In this document: piece after piece, positions 18,340-26,735 of the stretch
How the letters are laid out: every line of letters starts with the position of its first letter
Position numbering within the stretch: the stretch's first letter is position 1
IMG/VR virus record: IMGVR_UViG_3300013121_000025
Coordinates: 1-64,000 of that record
Origin: a virus
Lineage: Duplodnaviria > Caudoviricetes
Direction: 5' to 3' (one strand)
DNA length: 64,000 nucleotides
The notes under the pieces: model-generated
Database searches by the model: none
The model's input: the letters and a program-made list of their open reading frames with translations, nothing else
Told to the model about the DNA's origin: nothing
Position numbers and translations under genes: made by a program

Positions 18340-18484
18340 CTTCTAAGTAAACTTCGTCGTGTATTTTTGTCATTGTTTTAGGTGTAACTTCTACCAATAT
18401 AGAATGCTCTTCTACATCGGGGGTATGGTTTTCTTTCGGGTCAGCTTTTATTGCTTCTTTCTGCTCAGTGTGTGCCTTGCTCAT
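18311..18484 (-). CDS. Small acidic protein, 57 aa (not in ORF track)
   Basis: MSKAHTEQ...EDGEWNDEEE; AAGGA RBS and promoter directly upstream. Confidence 0.6.
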   Translation of the reverse strand: MSKAHTEQKEAIKADPKENHTPDVEEHSILVEVTPKTMTKIHDEVYLEDGEWNDEEE

Positions 18485-18510
18485 GATTATAATATCCTTA
18501 TGTAAAAAAT

Positions 18511-18539
18511 ATTATATATGATTTTTAAAAGGATATCAA
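18511..18539 (-). promoter_or_regulatory. sigma70-type promoter
   Basis: TTGATA-N17-TATAAT. Confidence 0.7.
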
Positions 18540-18593
18540 CTTTTACCATAAATACCTTAGAACAGGTATACGGGCCTTCGTGGATACTTAACT

Positions 18594-19520
18594 ATGAAAA
18601 AACAACTATGGACTATAGATAATAAAGCAAACCATAATTTTAAAAGTAATAATTTTTATGTATATGAATTAGTTAATCCTATTACGAATCTTCCTTTTTA
18701 TGTTGGAAAAGGAAGAGATAATAGAGCATGGAAACAAATACAATTACGAAATAATATTAAAGAAAGCAAATACAATCCACACAAATATAATACCATTAAA
18801 AAATTAATTAATGACCAACAAGTCATAATAATTAGAATTGTTCTATCAACATTAAATGAACAAGAAGCGTTTGAAGTTGAACAGGATTTAATTGCGACTT
18901 ATAAACGAGTAAACGAAGGAGGAATTTTAACAAATATTTGCAGAGGTGGAGAAGGATCGACTGTAAATGGAAAACCTGTCTCAAAATTCACAAAATGGGG
19001 TGATTTTGTATGTACTTATCCCAACGCAAAAGAAGCTGCAAGAATTAATGGATGGAAACATTATAGTGTAATTTGTAGCTGTTGCAAAGGCAGAGAAAAA
19101 TCGTATCAAGGTTGGTTATGGGCGTATGAAGGAAATGTGCCGTCTCTTTTAACTAAGAACAAACCTGTATATAAATGGGATATGTTCGGAAATTTAATTC
19201 AAATTTACGATAATGCATCTGTAGCAGCACGTGCACATTCGTGTGATCCTTCCACGATATTAGATTGTGTTGCAGGAAATATTAAAACAGCAATGGGGCA
19301 TATTTGGACGAATAAAAAGGAATTTAAAGCTCCTAATATAATAGTACGAACAAAACGAGTGCGGCATAACGAAACAGGAATTATATATAATAGTGTTACT
19401 GCTGCAGCAAAAGCTACAAATCATACAATACAATCTGTTAGTTTTTGCTGCAATGGAAAACGTACAAAGGTTGGTAGTGATACTTTTAGTTATGCTGAAG
19501 ACGCTTCAGATGTCCAATGA
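18594..19520 (+). CDS. GIY-YIG homing endonuclease with NUMOD1-like HTH repeats
   Basis: FYVYEL..P...PFYVGKG..NRA, EQDLI, LTN...GGEG; repeated Y.(N/S)..AA..(I/V)..CC.G; opposite strand to neighbours; CATAAATA at 18547. Confidence 0.85.
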   Translation: MKKQLWTIDNKANHNFKSNNFYVYELVNPITNLPFYVGKGRDNRAWKQIQLRNNIKESKYNPHKYNTIKKLINDQQVIIIRIVLSTLNEQEAFEVEQDLIATYKRVNEGGILTNICRGGEGSTVNGKPVSKFTKWGDFVCTYPNAKEAARINGWKHYSVICSCCKGREKSYQGWLWAYEGNVPSLLTKNKPVYKWDMFGNLIQIYDNASVAARAHSCDPSTILDCVAGNIKTAMGHIWTNKKEFKAPNIIVRTKRVRHNETGIIYNSVTAAAKATNHTIQSVSFCCNGKRTKVGSDTFSYAEDASDVQ

Positions 19521-20050
19521 ATTCCAACATCCCTATTATATTGACCTTGATATTGTTTTGCACTTTCAGCACTTATGAATGCGATCTGTGCAATTCTCAT
19601 ATTTCGTTCAATAAATGTTGGTCCCAGGTGATTGTGTAAGGTTGCACCAATATTACCTTTAAAAGAAGAATCGAAAATTCCCGAACTTAATACACATCCG
19701 TTTCTAGACAAGGAACTACGTATTACTAATATAGCTGCTGCCTTTTCTGGAACATTTACATAAAAATCTGACATTATATCATACGCAGTATGAGCAGATA
19801 ACCACCATCCTTCGATACTAGGAAATTGGTTATGATATAATATTTCAGGATAACACTCTGTCATCTGTCTGTTTCGTTTACCATTATTTTCTGTAATGAT
19901 AAAATCATCAGATGTTGTTATTTTGAATATTTTACTTACTACCCAATCTATTGCATCGGGTTGCACACATTTTTCACGTTGTTCTTCAGTCATCCAAGAT
20001 GGAAAGATGATCCATCCTTTTTCGATTGCTACTTTTGGATTTATAAACAT
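19490..20050 (-). CDS. Trimeric dUTPase / dCTP deaminase family protein
   Basis: QPDAID, RSSLSRNG, GIFDSSFKG, RIAQI, YQGQY. Confidence 0.85.
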   Translation of the reverse strand: MFINPKVAIEKGWIIFPSWMTEEQREKCVQPDAIDWVVSKIFKITTSDDFIITENNGKRNRQMTECYPEILYHNQFPSIEGWWLSAHTAYDIMSDFYVNVPEKAAAILVIRSSLSRNGCVLSSGIFDSSFKGNIGATLHNHLGPTFIERNMRIAQIAFISAESAKQYQGQYNRDVGIHWTSEASSA

Positions 20051-20883
20051 TAATTACCACCTCTACATTTTTCGTTAATAATATCTTTGTTATAGTGAGC
20101 TAATTTAATTAAATGCTCATCAGTTGTATGAAAATCAAATTCCACTTCTGCTTCATATTTTCCATTTAAAAGACCAGTTGGAGAGTTGTCATATGCAATA
20201 CTGTTTAACCCGTGCCAAATTGCTGTACTGGAATCCCACGAAAAAATATATTCATGATACTCTCTTACTAAGTCAATTTCGTTTGGACCATCGACCATGC
20301 CGAGAAAATGAATTTTCTTACCATTTTGTTTAATACGATCAAGAATCCCATGCTTTTTAAGAAGATCCATTATCTTCCAACGAGACATGAAACGTTGGAG
20401 TTTATTTCCTTTTTCGATACTACCGAAAGCATTCGGAGCACCAAGAATAGAATTACCAATAAAATCAACGTTAGATGAACGAGAAGCATAATCCCAAGCT
20501 TCTAAATAATCTTGTAAATCTCCAATTGTGCTTTGTGGTACGAAAAATGTTTGAAATCCAGCATTGTGAAAAATTGGACCTAATTCTTCAGCAGCTTCGA
20601 TTGTTTTACTTGCACGTTCGTTAGGATAATCTGACATTACAATAACATCCGCTTTAACTTTGTTACCCATTTCGAGTAATTTATCAGAGGGATACATGGG
20701 ACGTCCTTGTTTATACATTTCGAAACAAGAATTATCGAGGATTTTTAACTCTTTACGTTGTTTATACCAGTAAGCATAATGCGAATCTGATTCTACTAAA
20801 TGTGCCAAGATCAAATGTGCTTGATTGTGATGACAGAAATCATCTAAATGTGGGGTAGGACTAATGTGACAAAATTTAATCAT
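20050..20883 (-). CDS. dpdA: TGT-fold DNA 7-deazaguanine transglycosylase candidate (divergent DpdA-like)
   Basis: ILDNSCFE, IVMSDY, FVPQ, IHFLGM and SWDSS match TGT/DpdA motif order; clustered with queD/queE. Confidence 0.7.
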   Translation of the reverse strand: MIKFCHISPTPHLDDFCHHNQAHLILAHLVESDSHYAYWYKQRKELKILDNSCFEMYKQGRPMYPSDKLLEMGNKVKADVIVMSDYPNERASKTIEAAEELGPIFHNAGFQTFFVPQSTIGDLQDYLEAWDYASRSSNVDFIGNSILGAPNAFGSIEKGNKLQRFMSRWKIMDLLKKHGILDRIKQNGKKIHFLGMVDGPNEIDLVREYHEYIFSWDSSTAIWHGLNSIAYDNSPTGLLNGKYEAEVEFDFHTTDEHLIKLAHYNKDIINEKCRGGN

Positions 20884-21248
20884 TTAATATCGCTCCTTAA
20901 ATATGGAATTGTAATATCTGTTACTATATTACCATCGAGAATATTACCAACAGTAACTAATTTAAATACAAAGTCTGTCACACCTGATTCTTTTAATGCT
21001 TTAAGAATTGGAACATTGAGCTCTTTACAATCAGCTACTAACCAACCATCTTCAATTCTTAAATTATGAACTGAATGTGTAATTTCGTCGAGGTGTATGC
21101 AAGAAACAGAGGTGTCTTTTTGTATTGATGCGAACATAGTGTGTTCCGGATTAATTTTTTGTAATGCTTTTTCAATTTCTTTTGTTGGATATACATAACC
21201 TGTACGTGAAGAAGGTAAATCCAGTTCTACGATTTTATATGTTTGCAT
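20880..21248 (-). CDS. Degenerate prohead-protease (gp21-like) fold protein
   Basis: GYVYP..EIEKA, IHLDEITH.V..L.IE...L.A......P..K.L...G; catalytic motifs absent. Confidence 0.45.
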   Translation of the reverse strand: MQTYKIVELDLPSSRTGYVYPTKEIEKALQKINPEHTMFASIQKDTSVSCIHLDEITHSVHNLRIEDGWLVADCKELNVPILKALKESGVTDFVFKLVTVGNILDGNIVTDITIPYLRSDIK

Positions 21249-21591
21249 AAAGGATTGATCCATTTTCTCCATCTTCATTTACATCACATTTACTTAATCC
21301 AAAACAATCAATTAATTCTTGTGCAATCATCTCGCAAGATTTTGCTCCAAATACATGTAAGTATTGATCCTCGTTCCAATAACATCTTTTAAAATATTTG
21401 ATAATTTGATGCTTAAGAACAATAAATTCGGTATCTCTATCATGATGACCTACTTGTTTATATGCTTTAATATGAAATACATGTCGGTGTGGATCTCTAA
21501 GATAGGCTACTTCGTCAAATGGACATCCAGGCCAATTATGGGTTCCTTCGATTTGAAGTGTGCAATAAACTTCTGCTACAGTATTAGTCAT
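21235..21591 (-). CDS. QueD-paralogous T-fold protein (DpdL-like, candidate CDG decarboxylase)
   Basis: EGTHNWP, LRDPHRHVF (LxxxHRHxF), DRDTEF, SCEMIA, EDGENG. Confidence 0.7.
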   Translation of the reverse strand: MTNTVAEVYCTLQIEGTHNWPGCPFDEVAYLRDPHRHVFHIKAYKQVGHHDRDTEFIVLKHQIIKYFKRCYWNEDQYLHVFGAKSCEMIAQELIDCFGLSKCDVNEDGENGSILYANI

Positions 21592-21922
21592 TATTGTCTC
21601 CTAAAAACTTATTGAATGTTTCTTGGAATTGTGATTTTGTTTTTGCACCAATAATAGTTGTTCTTGGTTGCTGTTCAAAATCATCTAAAATTAGAATAGT
21701 GGGAATATTTCTAACCCCATATTTTACTGCAACGTAATCACAAGTTTCGACGTTTATTTTAATAAAAGTAGCATCATATTTTTCGGACAATTCTTCGAAA
21801 ATTGGTGCAATCATTTTACAAGGACCGCACCAATCAGCATAGAAATCGACCACAAAGGGAGGGGCGAAATTTAATTTAATATTAGCAAATTCTTCTTCAG
21901 AGTTTACATGAATTACAGACAT
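21584..21922 (-). CDS. trxA: Thioredoxin
   Basis: DFYADWCGPCKMIAP, IPT. Confidence 0.93.
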   Translation of the reverse strand: MSVIHVNSEEEFANIKLNFAPPFVVDFYADWCGPCKMIAPIFEELSEKYDATFIKINVETCDYVAVKYGVRNIPTILILDDFEQQPRTTIIGAKTKSQFQETFNKFLGDNND

Positions 21923-21946
21923 ATACTATACCTCTTTTAAAGATAT

Positions 21947-21975
21947 AGTATACGTCATTTCTATTAAGGAATCAA
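21947..21975 (-). promoter_or_regulatory. sigma70-type promoter driving the trx-dpdL-dpdA-dut operon
   Basis: TTGATT-N17-TATACT. Confidence 0.7.
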
Positions 21976-22650
21976 CTATTTTTCAAGAATATATTCAATC
22001 ATTATTTCAAACACATTAGGATCAAATCCCATCCCCATATGACTGCTTGAAACTTGTTTACGTTTCGATAATGGATCGGATTCCATAAAGCAGCTCATCC
22101 AATGTACTACACCATCTTTCTTAGAAAAAATATTGAGGCTTGGTTTGTTGATGGGTTGTCTAATCATAACATCAATCATTTTTAACTCTTTGAGATCTTG
22201 GTTTGACACGAGTTGATAAATGTCTGTGATGTAATTTGAAAATATATTACCAAAAGGACTTCCAATTGTTATTACTTTTTCGACGTTTGGAGACAAACGG
22301 GCTAATTCACGTGCATAAATTCCACCAAGACTCCATCCGATTAAAATAACTTTTTGGTTATGTTTTTTGGAGATTTCTTCGATCATTTTATACATTGATT
22401 GAAGTTTTTTAATGGAAAATTTAGTATTAGATTCTTGATTCCAACCATATACAGAAAACCCGTTATTTTGCAAGTAATGTCTCATTGGTTTAGTTGACCA
22501 ATCCCCTGTTAAGAAACCAGGAATAATGATAATTGGAATTTTCTTTCCTCTGTGGGAAGATATATTTTTATGTTTTATAAAAGAAGCAAAATCTTTTATT
22601 GTACGTGGAACTTCGAGTAAAACATTTTTGAATAAAGGACGTGTTGGCAT
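21976..22650 (-). CDS. Alpha/beta hydrolase (esterase/lipase-like)
   Basis: IPGF, GWSLGG nucleophile elbow, GSPF, DGVV, SHMGM (Ser-Asp-His). Confidence 0.88.
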   Translation of the reverse strand: MPTRPLFKNVLLEVPRTIKDFASFIKHKNISSHRGKKIPIIIIPGFLTGDWSTKPMRHYLQNNGFSVYGWNQESNTKFSIKKLQSMYKMIEEISKKHNQKVILIGWSLGGIYARELARLSPNVEKVITIGSPFGNIFSNYITDIYQLVSNQDLKELKMIDVMIRQPINKPSLNIFSKKDGVVHWMSCFMESDPLSKRKQVSSSHMGMGFDPNVFEIMIEYILEK

Positions 22651-22661
22651 ATAGAAACCTC

Positions 22662-22973
22662 TCAATCATAATCATGCGCCATTAAAATCTTTGATCTGAT
22701 ATCACGCACCGTGAGACCTTTATACCACTCCCCTCTAACATGAAAAGATTGGAATTGTTGGTGCAAGTATGTTTCTATTTTATATGCTTCGTTACGTTGT
22801 TCAATATGTTCTAATATGATTTGTTGCGGATTGCCTGTTTGTAATGTTTTGATACGTTCTTCTATATTATTAGTGACACCTATTTTCAATAAATCTCCGC
22901 AAGAAAGTATATACAAATACTCTTGTTTTTTTGGTCGTTTCTTTTTTGATAAGATTTCATCAAGATGTCTCAT
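22662..22973 (-). CDS. T5orf172/MUG113-type GIY-YIG domain protein
   Basis: YLYIL..LKIGVT..IEERIKTLQTGNP, IE..LH, RGEWY. Confidence 0.85.
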   Translation of the reverse strand: MRHLDEILSKKKRPKKQEYLYILSCGDLLKIGVTNNIEERIKTLQTGNPQQIILEHIEQRNEAYKIETYLHQQFQSFHVRGEWYKGLTVRDIRSKILMAHDYD

Positions 22974-22997
22974 ATTTGTATTTATGAGACAAAGAAA

Positions 22998-23023
22998 AAG
23001 CCGAAAACTTTCGTAATCGGCTT
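22998..23023 (-). terminator. Intrinsic terminator after 23077..23265
   Basis: AAGCCGA/TCGGCTT stem followed on - by TTTCTTT. Confidence 0.55.
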
Positions 23024-23076
23024 AAGAGGTGTTGTTATTATTGTTTATTGTTATTATAACAGCAGTGATTTTTTAA

Positions 23077-23265
23077 TTAAACACGCTCAACGTACCAGCT
23101 TTCTGTACGTGTTTCAACAAGGCCACCACCAGCAGCTACACGACGGGTCGCTGTGCTACGAGATTGTGACTGTGCACTCACGAAGCGAGCGAACTGTCGG
23201 ATAGACTTGAAGAATACTGTTTGTTCAGTGTCAGTATTAACACCAATTACTGGAATACTACGCAT
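23077..23265 (-). CDS. Small basic, possibly DNA-binding (NUMOD1-like) protein
   Basis: Strong AAAGGAG RBS; FKSIRQFARF. Confidence 0.65.
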   Translation of the reverse strand: MRSIPVIGVNTDTEQTVFFKSIRQFARFVSAQSQSRSTATRRVAAGGGLVETRTESWYVERV

Positions 23266-23292
23266 TTTGGTTCTCCTTTGAGGTTAGTTAAG

Positions 23293-23898
23293 TTAGTTTT
23301 TCAGTTGTACATTGGCATTTAGTGCCAATTCGTTTAGATTTTGTATAACAAAATCAATTCTTTCATCAATATTACTCATTGTAATATATTTTAATTTGTT
23401 AGTCAACGAGTCCTGGAACATCTTTTTCATGAAATGTTCCATAGTAACATCTATCATTGCGGCATAATGATGATTACTGCCTCGTACACCATCATATTCG
23501 ATTTGGAATTGTCCACCAGGAATGAAGAAAACACCAGCATAATATTGGTTATTAGTTTTACAAGTTTCGTAATATTCATTGACCCAAGAACTATTTTCGT
23601 TAAATTTGCCTAAGTTCATAAGAGCATATACAAATAGATCTGTATGTGTGCGCTCGGTGAACCAAATATCTTTTGATTGAATTGCTTCCATTTCGTCTTC
23701 TAATTTACGAGCAGTAATTTTATCTTGGAAACGCTTACATAAGTTGTTGTTAGCGTTCACTTCATCAAGAGTTATATTCCATTCCTCTAAAATTGAACGA
23801 GAAGTTTTGCGATATACCACTTGGTATCCTCTTTCTTCGAGGCCAGCTAGTAACCTACTTTTTCCACTTCCTTGTGATCCCATTATCGAAATTAACAT
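23293..23898 (-). CDS. P-loop nucleotide kinase (AAA_28/dNMP-kinase-like)
   Basis: GSQGSGKS, FTERTHTD, DGVR. Confidence 0.75.
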   Translation of the reverse strand: MLISIMGSQGSGKSRLLAGLEERGYQVVYRKTSRSILEEWNITLDEVNANNNLCKRFQDKITARKLEDEMEAIQSKDIWFTERTHTDLFVYALMNLGKFNENSSWVNEYYETCKTNNQYYAGVFFIPGGQFQIEYDGVRGSNHHYAAMIDVTMEHFMKKMFQDSLTNKLKYITMSNIDERIDFVIQNLNELALNANVQLKN

Positions 23899-24629
23899 TT
23901 AGATGATTCTCCCACTAAAGAGACTATTTTATGATGAGTAAATTGAGGGAACTTACGCTTGTAATACTCCATAGACTGATCAATCTTTTTAACATCATCT
24001 GTTGATTTAAACTTAATAATGTTATAACCAGACATAAAAGCGTTGATAAAATCAGGCATCATTGTGACTTTAATACCATTATAATAAATCTTGTTTATAT
24101 CACAATTAAAGTAATCATTGATATAATTAACTGGTTTTTGATTTGTAAAAATGAATACAAAACGAAGACCGATTTGTAAGTCTGTTGTTTGTCCTGGACA
24201 AATATACATGTGTTTAGTTATAATTTCAGAACCATTTACAATAGTATGTGTAGGAGGTTCATTTCCTTGAAATACTGCATTCATTAGAGCAGAAAAATTA
24301 ATAGTAATCATCCCCGTTGTATGATCCACTTGAGTTACTATTCCGTCTCCTTCAAACTTATAATCAGGACTTGGTAATTTAAAAAAGTCATCCACTAATT
24401 CTTTATACGATTTCTTTGTAGTAATTAGTGAAGAATCAATAATAAATGTCATTTTGTCTTCATGAGTTTCCAACATGTGACTTCTAACATAATCACCTGC
24501 AATAACTACTCCTGAATCCATTCCGATTTTGTATGGATAAGGAAAAAGAGTAATACCACAAGCATTTTTTATATTATCAATTAAAGCACTTAATGGTAAA
24601 TTAAACGGTTGGTGATTCAGTTTGATCAT
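23892..24629 (-). CDS. Degenerate nucleotidyltransferase (CCA/poly(A) polymerase head-like)
   Basis: VIAGDYVR resembles xxAGGxVRD; FNCDINKIYY resembles FDF.I....Y; catalytic DxD not evident. Confidence 0.4.
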   Translation of the reverse strand: MIKLNHQPFNLPLSALIDNIKNACGITLFPYPYKIGMDSGVVIAGDYVRSHMLETHEDKMTFIIDSSLITTKKSYKELVDDFFKLPSPDYKFEGDGIVTQVDHTTGMITINFSALMNAVFQGNEPPTHTIVNGSEIITKHMYICPGQTTDLQIGLRFVFIFTNQKPVNYINDYFNCDINKIYYNGIKVTMMPDFINAFMSGYNIIKFKSTDDVKKIDQSMEYYKRKFPQFTHHKIVSLVGESSKC

Positions 24630-24972
24630 TTTCTAACGCCTTCAGTTGATCGTTCAGTTTTTGTAATTCAGTTGTTAATAAATTTTTCGAGTTTTCAAAT
24701 TGCACTAACATATCAAATATTTTTTCATTGTTTTTTGTTAGTTTAGAAGTGTAATAAGAATCCTTGGTTTTAGTAGAACTCTTATCAATTGCTTCTTTGT
24801 ATTTTTGTGACACTGCTATCAATTTATTGATTTCAATATTATACTCATATTCATGATTCTCAATCAACGCTTGCAGTCTATTAATTTTAAGAAGTAATTT
24901 GTTACTTTCAGAAAATTGAAGTGGTATTTCTATTTCTTGTTCTTGTTGTGGTTCTTGATCATCTGATTTCAT
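24601..24972 (-). CDS. Coiled-coil hypothetical protein
   Basis: Heptad-rich K/E/N/L sequence. Confidence 0.7.
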   Translation of the reverse strand: MKSDDQEPQQEQEIEIPLQFSESNKLLLKINRLQALIENHEYEYNIEINKLIAVSQKYKEAIDKSSTKTKDSYYTSKLTKNNEKIFDMLVQFENSKNLLTTELQKLNDQLKALENDQTESPTV

Positions 24973-25225
24973 ATTGTCCCTTATTATATGCGTCTTCTTG
25001 TTTAACTTGAATTATAGCTTGTATTTGCATTATGCCCCTTTCGATCTGTAAGGCCATTTCAGTCTTTCCTAAATCTAATGCAATATAGTATCTATTCTGT
25101 AAAATTCTTAGTTGATCATACAAATCTGAAATGGAGGATTCAAGCCATACTTGTCCTCCATTGACTTCTTCAATAGGTTGTTGAGTGATAGGGGTTTTAT
25201 TAGAGTTTACGTCTATTCCTGACAT
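24959..25225 (-). CDS. Hypothetical protein
   Basis: First ORF after the promoter at 25250-25278. Confidence 0.7.
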   Translation of the reverse strand: MSGIDVNSNKTPITQQPIEEVNGGQVWLESSISDLYDQLRILQNRYYIALDLGKTEMALQIERGIMQIQAIIQVKQEDAYNKGQYEIR

Positions 25226-25249
25226 ACTATTTCACTTTTATAAAACAGT

Positions 25250-25278
25250 ATTATACTATGAAACGAAAACGAAATCAA
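25250..25278 (-). promoter_or_regulatory. sigma70-type promoter
   Basis: TTGATT-N17-TATAAT. Confidence 0.72.
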
Positions 25279-25280
25279 CG

Positions 25281-26207
25281 TTAATTAGGTAATCCTTCGA
25301 TTTTAACCATCTGTGCATTACCAACAGTCCACATCTCACATGATTGTTTACCGTCTTCGCTTTGTTCAGTATCTAAGTCAATATCTGTTCCAGCTAATAT
25401 TGCTTTTTTAATTTTTGATCCTGAATTATGTCGATCGATTTGATATATCCATAACTCTTCATATGTTCCATCTTCAGCTTGACGCTTAAACACTAAATGA
25501 GCACCCTTAACAAAACGTATAAGGCCCATTTTGTCAGGATCTTCTGGTTCGCCAGTAGCATCAGTGGCAAGTTCATCGACGATTTTTTCTACTTCTGCTT
25601 CTTTTTGCTCAGGTGATAACTTCTTGTCTTTGAGAGATATGATTTTATCAACAAGTTCATCTGTCAGTTCATCATTTATTGGTGATTTATCTTTGTTACT
25701 TACTTCTTCATCTTCGGCAAACTTGTTCATTGGATCATATCCCAAAATTTCCTTAATGAAAGGCATATCCCAAAATGCTGTTTCAACGCTCTCGTTCTTT
25801 GCAGAATAGTCATAGGACCATATTGCACGATATTGTTCTTTATGGATGACTTTTAAAGGTAATTTGTCAAATAAACGATTACGAGTTTCAATATCTACTC
25901 TACCAAGTACAGATTTACCATCGCTTGAAATAATCTTAGTTGTGGATTTACTACGATCAGGAGCAAGATATACTTCTAACTTGTATCCTTGCGTAAGCAT
26001 TTGTACTGCTTTTTCATAATGATATAAAGGCACATCTGCAGCAGATTCTGATACTCCAAAATCTCCTGTTGTGGCAACAAACGCCATAGATGGTAATCCA
26101 CCTTGACCAGGTTTGGTGCCAAAATCTTTTGTTCTTTTCTTTGGTTTTACTACCTTATAAAAATTTGAAGAGGATTTAACCACATTCTTCCAATCTTTTC
26201 TTTTCAT
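25281..26207 (-). CDS. Hypothetical late (possibly head-associated) protein
   Basis: CATAAATA upstream; acidic linker; xxES motifs. Confidence 0.65.
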   Translation of the reverse strand: MKRKDWKNVVKSSSNFYKVVKPKKRTKDFGTKPGQGGLPSMAFVATTGDFGVSESAADVPLYHYEKAVQMLTQGYKLEVYLAPDRSKSTTKIISSDGKSVLGRVDIETRNRLFDKLPLKVIHKEQYRAIWSYDYSAKNESVETAFWDMPFIKEILGYDPMNKFAEDEEVSNKDKSPINDELTDELVDKIISLKDKKLSPEQKEAEVEKIVDELATDATGEPEDPDKMGLIRFVKGAHLVFKRQAEDGTYEELWIYQIDRHNSGSKIKKAILAGTDIDLDTEQSEDGKQSCEMWTVGNAQMVKIEGLPN

Positions 26208-26228
26208 GCAAAAATACCTCGTATACTA

Positions 26229-26263
26229 TATTTATGATCCTCTGATATTTGCAAACATAAATA
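26229..26263. promoter_or_regulatory. Back-to-back T4-like late promoters
   Basis: CATAAATA on - (26229-26236) and on + (26256-26263) between divergent genes. Confidence 0.65.
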
Positions 26264-26288
26264 ATACAAAAGGATAGTATATCATATC

Positions 26289-26735
26289 ATGGCATCAAAG
26301 AACTCACAACCCCCTCTTATAATTGAAAAACATCCACCTGATTACAAAGGGTATCCTTTTATTACTTTGTTACAATTTAAAAACGAACATATCCTGTGCG
26401 TTATAGATAATGCTGATAAAAATCAAATCGATGCCTATGTGTTAGATAAATGTGGCGCATGTAATGTGGACGAGGAATTTTTCATTAATATCGTCGCTTC
26501 GTGGTATGAGAAACACTCTTTGGCACATCCTTTATCTGTTGAGTTGTCGAAATTAGGATTAGCAAAAGACACAGAAATGCTATTTAAAACCTTTCCTTTG
26601 GAATTCGTAGCAAGAGTAATTGGGCCAATGCCTTCATACCCAATGTTAGAAATTAAAAAGATTAAACGACGTAGAAAAAAACCTATTTCGTCAAATATAC
26701 CAGTAAACAAATCAAATGTAATTAAGATTTTTTAA
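26289..26735 (+). CDS. Conserved phage hypothetical protein
   Basis: 148 aa, AAGGA RBS, basic KKIKRRRKK tail. Confidence 0.7.
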   Translation: MASKNSQPPLIIEKHPPDYKGYPFITLLQFKNEHILCVIDNADKNQIDAYVLDKCGACNVDEEFFINIVASWYEKHSLAHPLSVELSKLGLAKDTEMLFKTFPLEFVARVIGPMPSYPMLEIKKIKRRRKKPISSNIPVNKSNVIKIF

